Shown piece by piece: positions 27,031-36,694 of a stretch of DNA of 64,000 nt. Made by a program: the position numbers and the translations under genes. Origin of the DNA: an uncultured bacterium (lineage in GTDB: Bacteria; Actinomycetota; Acidimicrobiia; Spongiisociales; UBA5794); NCBI GenBank assembly GCA_963801165.1, contig CAWDDT010000006.1, positions 576,001 through 640,000 of the forward strand. Reading direction: 5' to 3'. The notes beneath the pieces were generated by a model that was given only the letters and a program-made list of their open reading frames with translations, did not search any database and was not told where the DNA came from. Each line of letters begins with the position of its first letter. Positions within the stretch are counted from its first letter, which is position 1.

Positions 27031-27873
27031 TCACTCATCGCCCCAGCCACTGACGACGGCGTACGCACCCGAGGACCCGGTGCCTTCGTCCGAGTGATGT
27101 CGGAACATAGCGAGGAAAGCAGCGCGCGGCTCATGACCGTTGGAGAGCGGCTCCAGCGTGATGCCGACTCTCAGCTCCGCCCCCGACGGGTGAACAAACC
27201 TGACCACTACCTCTTCGAGATCCTCGTCTTCCTTCTCGATGGCAAGGCGCCACCGTTCCATATCGGCGGGGTGGCACATAGCGACAAGCGGGACTCCGAT
27301 GACCTCGCTCAGCGGCAGTCCCAGCATGTCCGCCGCGTCCTCCTCGGCAAACAGGAGCGCACCCTCTCTATCCAGGATGGCAACTGCGGTCGGGTTCTCG
27401 TCGCTGGAGAGGGCATCTTCACCCGTGATCGGCGAGGTTGTTTGAGCCTTGTTCTTGCTGTGGCTCTCGGAACTATGACGCTGGATGGCAAGCTGCACAG
27501 ATCGTGCCAGCGCATCGGCGGTCACGGTGCCCTTGACGAGATAGTCCTGCGCCCCGCGGCGAACGGCACGCAACGCGAGGTGGTCGTCCTTGTGGGCGCT
27601 GAGTACGACAATGGGAACGTGCGGAGCGTTCAGCAGCATCGAGTCGACCGCCTCGAGCCCATCAGCATCGGGAAGCACCAGATCCAGGAGCACACAGTCT
27701 GGAGCGGATTCGCGTATGGCCTCCAACGCAGATTCGAGCCGCTTGACATGACGAACCGGGGCTTCGTCCCCCCATGCCTCGCTGAGCATCGTCAGAACCA
27801 GACGCGCATGAAGCGTGTTGTCTTCAACCACCAGGAGATCCGGTGGCCCGTTGCTCATATTGTCTTGTTCCAT
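27031..27873 (-). CDS. Response regulator receiver + PAS domain protein, no output domain
   Basis: LLVVEDN, DCVLLDLVLPD, PIVVLS, GAQDYLVKG; then AILDREG...LG....EVIG...HPAD PAS motif. Confidence 0.82.
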   Translation of the reverse strand: MEQDNMSNGPPDLLVVEDNTLHARLVLTMLSEAWGDEAPVRHVKRLESALEAIRESAPDCVLLDLVLPDADGLEAVDSMLLNAPHVPIVVLSAHKDDHLALRAVRRGAQDYLVKGTVTADALARSVQLAIQRHSSESHSKNKAQTTSPITGEDALSSDENPTAVAILDREGALLFAEEDAADMLGLPLSEVIGVPLVAMCHPADMERWRLAIEKEDEDLEEVVVRFVHPSGAELRVGITLEPLSNGHEPRAAFLAMFRHHSDEGTGSSGAYAVVSGWGDE

Positions 27874-28146
27874 CGTCTGGGCCCTCCGCTGGATCAGCGC
27901 CTCTCGATGAATCGGCCGGTTGTGCCGTTGCCTTGAGCCGGTAGTGCCAGGGGTGTGACATCGGCCCAATTACCGCCAGGTGCGACCTCGTCGTGATGCC
28001 CGAGAATACATCCACCGAGCAGGCACTCAGCCAGAGCTGCCCACCCTCGCCCGATTGCCGGACCGCCGCCCTCGTGTCGGCGCAGACGTGCCAGGATGGG
28101 AGCCGCGCCATCTCCCCCATGGCCGCTCGCATGAGAAAGGAAAGCC

Positions 28147-29133
28147 GTGACCCAATTCGCCTATTTCTGCGGCCATGAGCAATGGCAGCCTGAAACACTC
28201 GTCGAGCATGCGGTCCTTGCAGAGCAAGCGGGTTTCGACTTCCTCGTTGTCTCCGAGCACTTCCATCCATGGGTCGACGACACTTCGGCGGCGGGATACG
28301 CCTTCTCGACGATCGGCGCCATGGCCCAGGCCACCTCCCGGGTCAACATCGCAACCGGCGTCACCACGCCCCTGTTCCGGTACCACCCTGCCGTCGTTGC
28401 GCAGGCAGCGGCCACCCTTGATAGGTTGTCGGGCGGACGGTTCCACCTCGGCGTTGGCACAGGTGAGAACCTCAACGAAGGCCCGCTCGGCTACCCCTTC
28501 CCCGGCTACGCGGAACGGGCGGCTCGCATGAGGGAGGCGCTCCAGATCATGAGACGCCTCCTCGACGGCGAGAAGCTCGACTTCGCCGGCGACTTCTACC
28601 AGACCGACCGCGCCCGGCTGTACAGCCCGCCGATCGGACGAGTTCCGATCTGGCTCGCAGCGGGCGGACCTAAGTCGGCTTCCCTTGCCGCCGAACTCGC
28701 AGATGGCATCATCACCAGTGTCAAGAAGCCGGCCGACACCTTCGAGAAAGTAATCGAGCCCGCCCGCACGGCAACCGCGGGCGCCGGCAAGGAGCAGCTG
28801 CCAGTGATGGCTTCGCGCTGGTCCGTCCGTGCGGACAACGACGATGAAGCGTGGGAGGCACTATCGGCGTGGCGTGGGTTGCGGGCGCCGGGGCGCCTGG
28901 AGGCAGTCGATCCCCAGGTGTTGCGGGAACGAGCCGACGCCATGGACCGCCGCGAGGTTCTCGAGAGCTACTCGCTCGTCGCTACGGCGGCCGACTACGT
29001 CGACCAGTACTCGCCTCTGGTCACCGACCTTCACGCCGACATCGTTGTGATCCAGACGACATCGCTCGATCAACCGGACACCATCGCAATGCTGGGCAGA
29101 GACGTCCTTCCCGAGCTGCGCGGTCTCCTGTGA
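28147..29133 (+). CDS. F420-dependent LLM-class oxidoreductase (G6PDH/Fgd family)
   Basis: HEQWQP..L, SEHFHPW, TGVTTP.FRYHPAVVAQ, LGVGTGE.LNE, AAGGPKS. Confidence 0.9.
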   Translation: MTQFAYFCGHEQWQPETLVEHAVLAEQAGFDFLVVSEHFHPWVDDTSAAGYAFSTIGAMAQATSRVNIATGVTTPLFRYHPAVVAQAAATLDRLSGGRFHLGVGTGENLNEGPLGYPFPGYAERAARMREALQIMRRLLDGEKLDFAGDFYQTDRARLYSPPIGRVPIWLAAGGPKSASLAAELADGIITSVKKPADTFEKVIEPARTATAGAGKEQLPVMASRWSVRADNDDEAWEALSAWRGLRAPGRLEAVDPQVLRERADAMDRREVLESYSLVATAADYVDQYSPLVTDLHADIVVIQTTSLDQPDTIAMLGRDVLPELRGLL

Positions 29134-29139
29134 TGTGCC

Positions 29140-29802
29140 TCAGGAGACGTCGGCGGTGAGCTGCCGGATGTATTCGATCTCGAACGCGAGATTCTTGTTA
29201 CCCTGATCGAGCGCAGACGCCGCCTCGAGACCCGGGAGAACGGCGTCGGCGTACGCAGCTGCTACCTCGCTCGCATGCTCCCCATGCAACGCGGAGTCGA
29301 GATAGTCACCCAACGGGCCTATCAATGCAGGTCCCACGGTGGCTGCAAAGTCGATCTGCCAGCCCGACTCGCCACGCCGCAGAACGATCCTTCCCTCGCT
29401 CGTCGAAGTCGAAATGGCCACCGCGACGTGGTCTGCAATGCCCGGTACCGGCTCGAGGTTGCCTATCACGACCGCCGAGAGCGGCTCACCGCGGATCGCG
29501 GCGAAATCGTCCCGGAAGGACGTCCAGTATCCCGTCGCCAGGTCGTCTCCAAGACCGGTCGTCAGCAGACCGACCAGGTCATCCGATCGCAGGCTGTTCT
29601 CGACCGCAGCCACCACGGCCAATCCCGCAGGCTCGACGAGCGGCTCGAGCGTTGCCACGTCCGGCCCTTCGAGCGCCTGCAACCAGTCGGCGACCACCTG
29701 GGTCGGCTCGAGGTCGCCGACAACCGTGGTCGTGGTGTCGTCGGCTCCCCGCGCGCAGCCGGCAAGCAGTAAGACAGCCACAATCGACAGTACAAAACGC
29801 AT
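29140..29802 (-). CDS. Hypothetical lipoprotein
   Basis: Lipobox LLAGC; TAGCCT -10 six nt before ATG. Confidence 0.65.
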   Translation of the reverse strand: MRFVLSIVAVLLLAGCARGADDTTTTVVGDLEPTQVVADWLQALEGPDVATLEPLVEPAGLAVVAAVENSLRSDDLVGLLTTGLGDDLATGYWTSFRDDFAAIRGEPLSAVVIGNLEPVPGIADHVAVAISTSTSEGRIVLRRGESGWQIDFAATVGPALIGPLGDYLDSALHGEHASEVAAAYADAVLPGLEAASALDQGNKNLAFEIEYIRQLTADVS

Positions 29803-29860
29803 CCCCCCAGGCTACCGACGTAGAGTCGCCAACTGAACCTGGGGACCCTACACTCGCCGG

Positions 29861-30217
29861 ATGTCCGCGACCCCCAGCCGTGCCATCATCCTCGGCCTCG
29901 TCGCCGGGACTCTTGCGGGGCTGCTCGGTATCGGGGGCGGCATCGTCATCATCCCCGGTCTCGTTCTCTGGCTCGGATTCGGCCAGCACGAGGCTTCGGG
30001 CACCTCGATCACGACCGTCATCGCCACCTCGGCGGCGGCCCTCATCTCCTTCGCTTTCGACGGGTCGGTCGACTGGCATGCCGCGGCGCTGATCGCGATC
30101 GGCGCCCTCACCGGGGCCTCCATCGGTACCCGGATCCTGCACCTGATCCCCGCCAAGGTGCTCACCAAGGCCTTCTCAGTGGTCGCCATCATCGCCGCAG
30201 TCAGAATGGCGCTTTGA
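29861..30217 (+). CDS. Half-size TauE/SafE (TSUP) transporter subunit 1
   Basis: GLLGIGGG.VIIPGL, ASGTS, G.VDW; 118 aa. Confidence 0.8.
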   Translation: MSATPSRAIILGLVAGTLAGLLGIGGGIVIIPGLVLWLGFGQHEASGTSITTVIATSAAALISFAFDGSVDWHAAALIAIGALTGASIGTRILHLIPAKVLTKAFSVVAIIAAVRMAL

Positions 30218-30573
30218 TGCCGGACGCGATTGCGTTCATCCTGCTCGGCCTGTTTGCCGGATTCGTCGCCTCGACCCTGGGTCTCGGCGGCGGCTTCATC
30301 TATGTACCGATGCTTGTCGTCTTCTTCGCCTTCGAACAACACACCGCACAGGGCACATCGCTTGCCGTGATCTTGCCGACCGCGCTTGTGGCGGGCTACC
30401 TGCACAGCAAGCGAGGAAGGGTCCGCTGGCGAACGGCGCTGCTCATGGGTGCGGGTGGGATCGTCGGTGGCTTCGCCGGGTCATTTCTGGCGCTGCGTTT
30501 GCCCGCCGACTTGCTGCGCAGGCTGTTCGCCGTTCTGCTAGTGCTTGTCGCGATCAGGATGTTCAACAAGTAG
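30217..30573 (+). CDS. Half-size TauE/SafE (TSUP) transporter subunit 2
   Basis: LGLGGGFIYVPML, AQGTSLAVILP, GRVRW; TGATG overlap with subunit 1. Confidence 0.8.
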   Translation: MPDAIAFILLGLFAGFVASTLGLGGGFIYVPMLVVFFAFEQHTAQGTSLAVILPTALVAGYLHSKRGRVRWRTALLMGAGGIVGGFAGSFLALRLPADLLRRLFAVLLVLVAIRMFNK

Positions 30574-31105
30574 CGTCACCTTCGATCGGCACATCGACGC
30601 GACCTGTGCGCCACAGCCTCGCCCGTTGCTCGGCGTCCGACAGCCGGGCGGCAGACCACAGATACGCCAGGTACCCCAGCCCCACGACCTCGCCGAGCCA
30701 GACCTTCCAGTCGCCCAGGACCGCTCCGACATATCCCCCCACGGTCGCAGGGCCGGCAGGCGAGAAACTCCATCCGAGCAGCGGCCACCACAGCGTCTCC
30801 GGGTCCAGCCACATGGCGTCGAGCAGGATGTGCAGCAGTAGACCAATGGCGAGGGGCATCCACATCTTGCGGGGGCGCCCGCGCCGGGTCGACATCACCA
30901 CGGCAACCATCACGAGGGCTGCCAGCAGCAACCCGTGTGTCACCAGACGCACGCTATGCAACCTGCTGTAGAACAACAGCCCGACCGGTGTGTCGATGAC
31001 ATCAGGAAGCAACGCTCCGAGCAGGAGAATCCTCAGATCCATCCGGTCATCACGAAACGTGTAGCGGGCAATGGCGATCGAAGCGCCGGCATGCCAGAAA
31101 AGCAT
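30563..31105 (-). CDS. Membrane-bound metal-dependent hydrolase (YdjM-like)
   Basis: H near the N-terminus, GALLPD..D, THGL, LHILLD, LWWP. Confidence 0.72.
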   Translation of the reverse strand: MLFWHAGASIAIARYTFRDDRMDLRILLLGALLPDVIDTPVGLLFYSRLHSVRLVTHGLLLAALVMVAVVMSTRRGRPRKMWMPLAIGLLLHILLDAMWLDPETLWWPLLGWSFSPAGPATVGGYVGAVLGDWKVWLGEVVGLGYLAYLWSAARLSDAEQRARLWRTGRVDVPIEGDATC

Positions 31106-31114
31106 CTCGTGCGA

Positions 31115-31825
31115 TCAGACGGCGAGAATCCGGCGGCAGTGGATACACCGGGGCGGGTCGGAGCGCTTGGCCTCGCTCACCTCCGGTGCGGTCAGCTTGA
31201 GATGACAGCCGCCACACGTGTTGTCGGTGAGCGAACCAACGGCGACGCCCTCCTTGGTGCCACGCAGTTGCTCATACAGACCGAGGAGGTTCTCGTCGAT
31301 CAGACGGACGATATCGGCCTTGCGCGCCTCCTTGACAGCAAGCTCGGCGTCAATGCCTGCCCACGCTTTCCTGATCGCGCCCTCGAACCCGGACCTCACT
31401 GTGCCGGCTTCCTCGTGTCGCGCCGTCAGGTCGGCTACAACGGCTTCCTGTTGCTCACGACTCTCCATCAGTTCGAGGACCTTGTCCTCGGCATCGCTCC
31501 GCTGCTTGGCCAGCATCTCGACCTCGCGCCGGAGGTAGTCGGCGTCGCGGGCGCTCAGCCCGCCTGCGTACAGCCGGTTCTGCTCCGCTTCCAGCCGTTG
31601 GGCTGTGATCTCCATCTCGCCTTCGGTCTTGTCGAGCTGGAGCGCCGTCTCCTGCATCTCGGTCCCGGCGGCGTCGAGTTGTTGCCGCAATGTCTCGAAT
31701 TGCTCATGCGCAACGCGGTATTGGTCGAGCTCGGGAAGCGATTGCCTCTCGTGTAGAAGACGATCGATCTGGAGGTCTACTTCTTGCAGATCGAGGAGGT
31801 CGGCAAGACTCTGTAGTTCCTCCAT
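31115..31825 (-). CDS. Coiled-coil C4 zinc-ribbon protein (DUF164)
   Basis: LLDLQ.VD.QID, long coiled coil, CGGCH...RCIHCRRIL; usual neighbour of Nif3 in actinobacteria. Confidence 0.9.
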   Translation of the reverse strand: MEELQSLADLLDLQEVDLQIDRLLHERQSLPELDQYRVAHEQFETLRQQLDAAGTEMQETALQLDKTEGEMEITAQRLEAEQNRLYAGGLSARDADYLRREVEMLAKQRSDAEDKVLELMESREQQEAVVADLTARHEEAGTVRSGFEGAIRKAWAGIDAELAVKEARKADIVRLIDENLLGLYEQLRGTKEGVAVGSLTDNTCGGCHLKLTAPEVSEAKRSDPPRCIHCRRILAV

Positions 31826-31827
31826 GC

Positions 31828-32916
31828 TCACCGTTCCTTCCACGGGTCGGCGTCGATATCGGTCATGTCGACGACATCACCTGCCATTTGTGCGACCGCA
31901 GCGTACAACGATCGCACGCCCGGCCGTTCCGTGGCCGCATGACCCGGGTCGATCACGGCCAGCCCGCGCGCGACTGCGTCGCGGGCCTGGTGATGCCCGA
32001 TGTCCCCGGTCACCACAACATCGGCATCGACATCTCCCAACATCGACCCACCCGAGCCGGGGATCACCGCCGCGGTGGCGGCTATGCCCGAACCGGCGAC
32101 TCGCACCACCCCTCCGAGCCGCTCCGCGACCCGGCCCGCCAGCTCGGACACGGCGACCGGTCGCTCGAGACGACCGACCCTACCGATGAACCCGGCGTTG
32201 GACCGGGCCTCGATCACGTCATAGGCGGGTTCCTCGTAAGGATGAGCGGCCACCAGCGCGGCGGCGACACGATCGGCCCGGGACACGAGAACCGGCATCT
32301 CGATGCGTGTCTCCGGCTCGTGGTTGATCACGCCAGGCGATCCGACGACCGGTGCGGCGCCTTCGGCGGGCAGGAACGTGCCCTCCCCTTCGCTCCGGTA
32401 GGAGCAATACGCATACCGGCCGATGATCCCTGCGCCCGCCTGCGCCATCGCCGCGGTGATGCCGGCCACGGCCCCAGCGGGTGCGAAGGTAACGATCTTG
32501 GCCGTATCTGGACCCCACGCAGGGCCGAATCCCGATGTGTCGGTGAGCCCGATGGCCTCGGCGAGACAATCTGCCGTCCCTCCCGGCGCAACGTCGAACG
32601 CCGTGTGGGTCGTGACTACCGCAACACCGGCCCGGATCAAGCGGAACGCCCGGCCTGCTGCTCCGGTGCCGGCAACGAGAGTCCGGGTCGGCCGAAACAG
32701 GAGAGGATGGTATGCGACGACGAGATCGACATCGATGGCGATCAGCTGATCGGTGATATCCGGAGTGATCTCGTGGCAGACGGCGATCCTGGTGACGGGA
32801 GCCGCCCGGTCACCCAGCTGAAGTCCGACTGGATCCCATCCCGCCGCCTTACCGAGGTTGAACATCTCCGTCAAACGGATAGCAAAATCTCCGACGGTGC
32901 CTGGCTGTGTCGTCAT
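31828..32916 (-). CDS. Nif3-like dinuclear metal centre hexameric protein
   Basis: WDPVGLQLG, YHPLLF, HTAFD, GAG.IG.Y..CSY, HPYEEPAYD, VTGDI.HH, GHAATE. Confidence 0.92.
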   Translation of the reverse strand: MTTQPGTVGDFAIRLTEMFNLGKAAGWDPVGLQLGDRAAPVTRIAVCHEITPDITDQLIAIDVDLVVAYHPLLFRPTRTLVAGTGAAGRAFRLIRAGVAVVTTHTAFDVAPGGTADCLAEAIGLTDTSGFGPAWGPDTAKIVTFAPAGAVAGITAAMAQAGAGIIGRYAYCSYRSEGEGTFLPAEGAAPVVGSPGVINHEPETRIEMPVLVSRADRVAAALVAAHPYEEPAYDVIEARSNAGFIGRVGRLERPVAVSELAGRVAERLGGVVRVAGSGIAATAAVIPGSGGSMLGDVDADVVVTGDIGHHQARDAVARGLAVIDPGHAATERPGVRSLYAAVAQMAGDVVDMTDIDADPWKER

Positions 32917-32958
32917 GAAGCCGATGCTAAACCCAACGGTTACCCGGGTCGCCCCCGA

Positions 32959-33504
32959 CTATCTCAGGTTCTTGGTCACCCGGGCCACACCAGAATCGAC
33001 CGACGCCTTGCCAAAGGCTCGCTTGGCCAGAACACGCTCGACGGCATGGTTGCTCGGCAGGTAGACCGCTTCGAAACCCATGACGCCCCGTTCGATCGCA
33101 GCCAGCTCGAGAATCTCGAGCATCATCGTTGCGATCCCCAGCCGGCGCCAGCCCGTCTTGACGACTACCGCCAATTCGGCGAGGTTCTCCCCAGACGGCT
33201 CAAACCGGGCAATGGCGACCGGCTCCCCCTCGACAAAGCCGACAAGCGCAAAACGGCGCCGGTAGTCCACCTCGGTGAGGAAACGAAGACGCTTGCTGTC
33301 CAGCCTGATCGCCGGGTTGAAGAATCGGTGATAGAGAGTGTCGACGTCGGCAGCGGCCACTTCCTCAGCCAGAAGCGTGACGTCGCCGGGAACCACCGGA
33401 CGGAAGTAGATCCTCCGGCCATTGGGCAGCTCGGCTTGCCGCTCGTAGTCGAACGGGTAGCCGGCTGGTAGCCCGGTGCGGGGTCGTAGGGGTGTCGTCA
33501 TCAT
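32959..33504 (-). CDS. GNAT family N-acetyltransferase
   Basis: RPV.P.D, TLYHRFF, LTEVDY...ALV, AELAVVV...W..LGIAT, N..V. Confidence 0.85.
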   Translation of the reverse strand: MMTTPLRPRTGLPAGYPFDYERQAELPNGRRIYFRPVVPGDVTLLAEEVAAADVDTLYHRFFNPAIRLDSKRLRFLTEVDYRRRFALVGFVEGEPVAIARFEPSGENLAELAVVVKTGWRRLGIATMMLEILELAAIERGVMGFEAVYLPSNHAVERVLAKRAFGKASVDSGVARVTKNLR

Positions 33505-33580
33505 GCTCTATTACCATTGTAAGCAGAACGCTTGCAATAGCAAGCACTATCGGTAATTACCCGTCGGCATGAGCGACGCC

Positions 33581-34528
33581 TCAATAAACCTCGGGGACGA
33601 ACGTCTGATCCGACATCGGCGGCCGGACATACCCCCGGTTCTCCTGACGCGGCGGCAGATCGATCGACCGGGGCGTCCGGTCCTCGTAGGGGATGACGCT
33701 CAGCAGATGGCTGATGCAGTTCAGCCGGGCTCGCTTCTTGTCGTCGGCGTTGACCGCATACCAGGGGGCCTGCTTGATGTCGGTGTGGGCGAACATGATG
33801 TCCTTGGCGCGGGAGTATTCGACCCACCTGCTCCGGGACTCCAGGTCCATCGGGCTGAGCTTCCAACGCTTGCGCGGATCTTTGATCCGAGCCCGGAAAC
33901 GACGCTCCTGCTCCTCGTCGCTGACCGAGAACCAATACTTGACAAGGATTATCCCGCTGCGAACCAGCATCCGCTCGAACTCAGGTGCGGTGCGGAGGAA
34001 CTCCTGGTACTGCTGTTCGGTGCAGAAACCCATGACGGGCTCGACCAGTGCCCGGTTGTACCAGCTGCGGTCAAACAGGACTATCTCGCCGGCGGCGGGG
34101 AGATGGGCCACATACCGCTGGAACCACCATTGGGTTTTCTCCCGCTCGGTAGCTGTTCCCAGTGCCGCCACCCGGCACACCCTCGGATTGAGCCGTTCGG
34201 TTATCCGCTTGATGACGCCGCCCTTCCCGGCTGCGTCCCGACCCTCGAAGATGACCACGACCCGCACGCCCTCGGCTTTGACCCACTCCTGGAGCTTGAC
34301 GAGCTCCATCTGCAGCCGGCGAAGCTCCTTGTCAAAGAACTTGCGGTCGAGCTTCGCCGGCGGTGCGCCCTCGTCGGTGTCGGGGTGCAGAACTGAATCG
34401 AGTATCGAGGACTGCGCGTCCTCGGGCTCCGTCAGCGACTGTACCGGCGCCCCGAGGTCGGCCTCGACGAATGGGACGTCGGAATCAGCCGGTTCTAGCT
34501 CGGTCGTCTCGCTGGTCTGCTCAGTCAC
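33581..34528 (-). CDS. ppk2: Polyphosphate kinase 2
   Basis: FEGRDAAGKGG.IKR, LFDRSWYNR, KYWFSVS, WKLSPMD, DDKKRARLN; start uncertain. Confidence 0.95.
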   Translation of the reverse strand: MTEQTSETTELEPADSDVPFVEADLGAPVQSLTEPEDAQSSILDSVLHPDTDEGAPPAKLDRKFFDKELRRLQMELVKLQEWVKAEGVRVVVIFEGRDAAGKGGVIKRITERLNPRVCRVAALGTATEREKTQWWFQRYVAHLPAAGEIVLFDRSWYNRALVEPVMGFCTEQQYQEFLRTAPEFERMLVRSGIILVKYWFSVSDEEQERRFRARIKDPRKRWKLSPMDLESRSRWVEYSRAKDIMFAHTDIKQAPWYAVNADDKKRARLNCISHLLSVIPYEDRTPRSIDLPPRQENRGYVRPPMSDQTFVPEVY

Positions 34529-34766
34529 GATGACCTCTCTGTTGGGCCAGTTCATCATACCGAACCGGTCCACGCCTGCGCCGCCGCGCGATTCCTCCGA
34601 GTTTCAGTAAACCGTAGCCTTCGTGGTGGTGCTGCCTGGAGCCGTCATCGAGGGGGTGCCACCAGCGGTGGCGACAAGACAACCGCCGACGAGCAGATCA
34701 CGACACGGGAAGCGCCACCCGGCGTCCCCGTTCACGAATCGTTCACCGTTCGGTGAACACAGCTCG

Positions 34767-34792
34767 GGAAGGATCGTCGCATCGGAGAGGTT
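34767..34792 (+). promoter_or_regulatory. Putative SigR/SigH-type ECF promoter upstream of msrA
   Basis: GGAAG-N18-GTT, one mismatch from the GGAAT/C-N18-GTT consensus; msrA is a known SigR/SigH target in other actinobacteria. Confidence 0.55.
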
Positions 34793-34834
34793 GCACCGCG
34801 TATCGTAGGCAAAGTCGAACCGAAGGGACATCTC

Positions 34835-35473
34835 ATGTGGCTCAAGAAGACAAACATGCCCACAGCCGATACCGCGCTGCGCGGCCACGCGGACGCGATG
34901 CCCGTGAAGGGTGTCCACTTCGTCAACGGCAACACGATCGTCCCACCGTTCCCGGAGGGCATCGAAGTTGCTTTCTTCGGGATGGGTTGCTTCTGGGGCG
35001 CCGAGCGCATCTTCTGGCAGACACCCGGGGTCTTCTCGACCGCGGTCGGCTATCAAGGAGGCTTCACCCCGAACCCAACCTACGAGGAGGTCTGCTCGGG
35101 ACGTACCGGCCACACTGAGGCTGTTCTCGTCGCCTACGATCCCAAGCAGGTCAGCTATGAACAGCTACTGCGTGTGTTCTGGGAGGGTCACGATCCAACC
35201 CAGGGGATGCGCCAGGGGAACGACGTCGGGACTCAGTATCGCTCGACGGTCTATACGGCCAATCCTGCGCAATTCGCGGCTGCAGTGGCCTCGAAGGACC
35301 GCTACCAGGCCGAGCTCCGCGATGCCGGCTATGGGGCCATCACGACGGACATAGAACCGGCCCCGGCCTTTTACCACGCCGAGGAATACCATCAGCAGTA
35401 CCTGGCGAAAAACCCGAACGGATACTGCGGAATCGGCGGTACCGGGGTTTCGTGCCCGATCGGTCTCACCTGA
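34835..35473 (+). CDS. msrA: Peptide-methionine (S)-S-oxide reductase
   Basis: [50 protein letters not shown]. Confidence 0.97.
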   Translation: MWLKKTNMPTADTALRGHADAMPVKGVHFVNGNTIVPPFPEGIEVAFFGMGCFWGAERIFWQTPGVFSTAVGYQGGFTPNPTYEEVCSGRTGHTEAVLVAYDPKQVSYEQLLRVFWEGHDPTQGMRQGNDVGTQYRSTVYTANPAQFAAAVASKDRYQAELRDAGYGAITTDIEPAPAFYHAEEYHQQYLAKNPNGYCGIGGTGVSCPIGLT

Positions 35474-35517
35474 TATTGCCGCTCAAGGAGGAGCGGCCGC
35501 ACGCCGACTTACAGGTC

Positions 35518-36630
35518 GTGAACCGTCCAAAACTGCATTCGGTCGAAGCAGGCACGCTCCTGCCGGAGCCGACGTTGGCGATCCTCGCCGACTCGGTGAT
35601 GACACACGTCGTCGACGCCACCCAGGCGTACGTGGCCATCCTCGATGATCGGCGCGAGATCGTGTACGCCAACAAGGCGCTGCTCGGCGCATTCCACGAC
35701 GACCTCTTCAGAGCACTCGGTTTGCGGCTTGGGGAGCTGTTTGGGTGCAGAAATGCCCACGGTGACCCCGACGGTTGCGGCACGACGCTCGGCTGCCAGG
35801 AGTGCGGGGCAAACCGGGCCATCCGGGCCGTCGGGTCGAAGCCGCAAATCCAGGAGGAATGCCGCATCCTCCGCGAGGACGGCGAGCCCATCGATCTGCA
35901 GGTGACCGTCGCCCCGCTCGCCTTCGGCTCTCAGCAATACACGCTCGTCACCGCCATCGACATCAGCGACCGCAAGCGCAGAGAGGCGCTGGAGCGCATC
36001 TTCTTCCACGACATCATGAACACGGCGTCGGGCGTGCAAGGGCTCTCGACGATGATCCGATCCGTGCCGGCCGGGGAACGCGACGATCTCCTCGATCTAC
36101 TCGAGTCGGCCTCGAACCAGCTGATGGGGGAGATCTCGGCACAGCGTGAGCTACTCGCCGCAGAAGCAAGCAAGCTCGAATCCGTCCCCCAACGCGTCCA
36201 TTCCCTACAGATGCTGCACACGGTGGCCGGTCTCTACTCCACCCATGACGTGGCAACCGGGAAGATCCTCGTCGTCGACCCGGCGAGCAGCGACATCGAG
36301 TTCTCCGCAGACCCGGCACTCCTCTCCCGGGTGCTGGGCAACCTCACCAAGAATGCCCTCGAGGCGAGCCACCCGGGCGAGAAGGTGACGCTTGCGAGCA
36401 AGCAACTCGGCGACACGATCGCATTCACGGTCCACAACGCTGCCTTCATCCCCCTGCGCAAGCAGACACAGATCTTCATGCGCAGCTTCACGACCAAGGG
36501 GGACGGTCGGGGTCTGGGAACCTACAGCTCGCGTCTCATCACCGAGCGCTATCTGGACGGCGAGCTGGATTTCGAGAGCACTCCGGACGCCGGAACCACC
36601 TTCATCGCCACCTACCCGCTCTCGCACTGA
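35518..36630 (+). CDS. Sensor histidine kinase with Cys-rich PAS-like domain
   Basis: GC-x9-C-x5-C-x2-C; FFHDIMN H-box; NLTKNALEAS; FTTKG.GRGLG; start approximate. Confidence 0.85.
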   Translation: MNRPKLHSVEAGTLLPEPTLAILADSVMTHVVDATQAYVAILDDRREIVYANKALLGAFHDDLFRALGLRLGELFGCRNAHGDPDGCGTTLGCQECGANRAIRAVGSKPQIQEECRILREDGEPIDLQVTVAPLAFGSQQYTLVTAIDISDRKRREALERIFFHDIMNTASGVQGLSTMIRSVPAGERDDLLDLLESASNQLMGEISAQRELLAAEASKLESVPQRVHSLQMLHTVAGLYSTHDVATGKILVVDPASSDIEFSADPALLSRVLGNLTKNALEASHPGEKVTLASKQLGDTIAFTVHNAAFIPLRKQTQIFMRSFTTKGDGRGLGTYSSRLITERYLDGELDFESTPDAGTTFIATYPLSH

Positions 36631-36694
36631 CCGCAGCCTCACCCGCGTCGCCTGATTAGAGTCTCGGGGCCGATACATCAATCCGGAGACGAGG

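Noticed and set aside
31690-33471. Long antisense ORFs (593 aa here; also 56847-58973, 13772-15112, 23209-24459)
   Set aside because: They are shadows of well-supported genes on the opposite strand, expected in high-GC DNA, and have no recognisable motifs.
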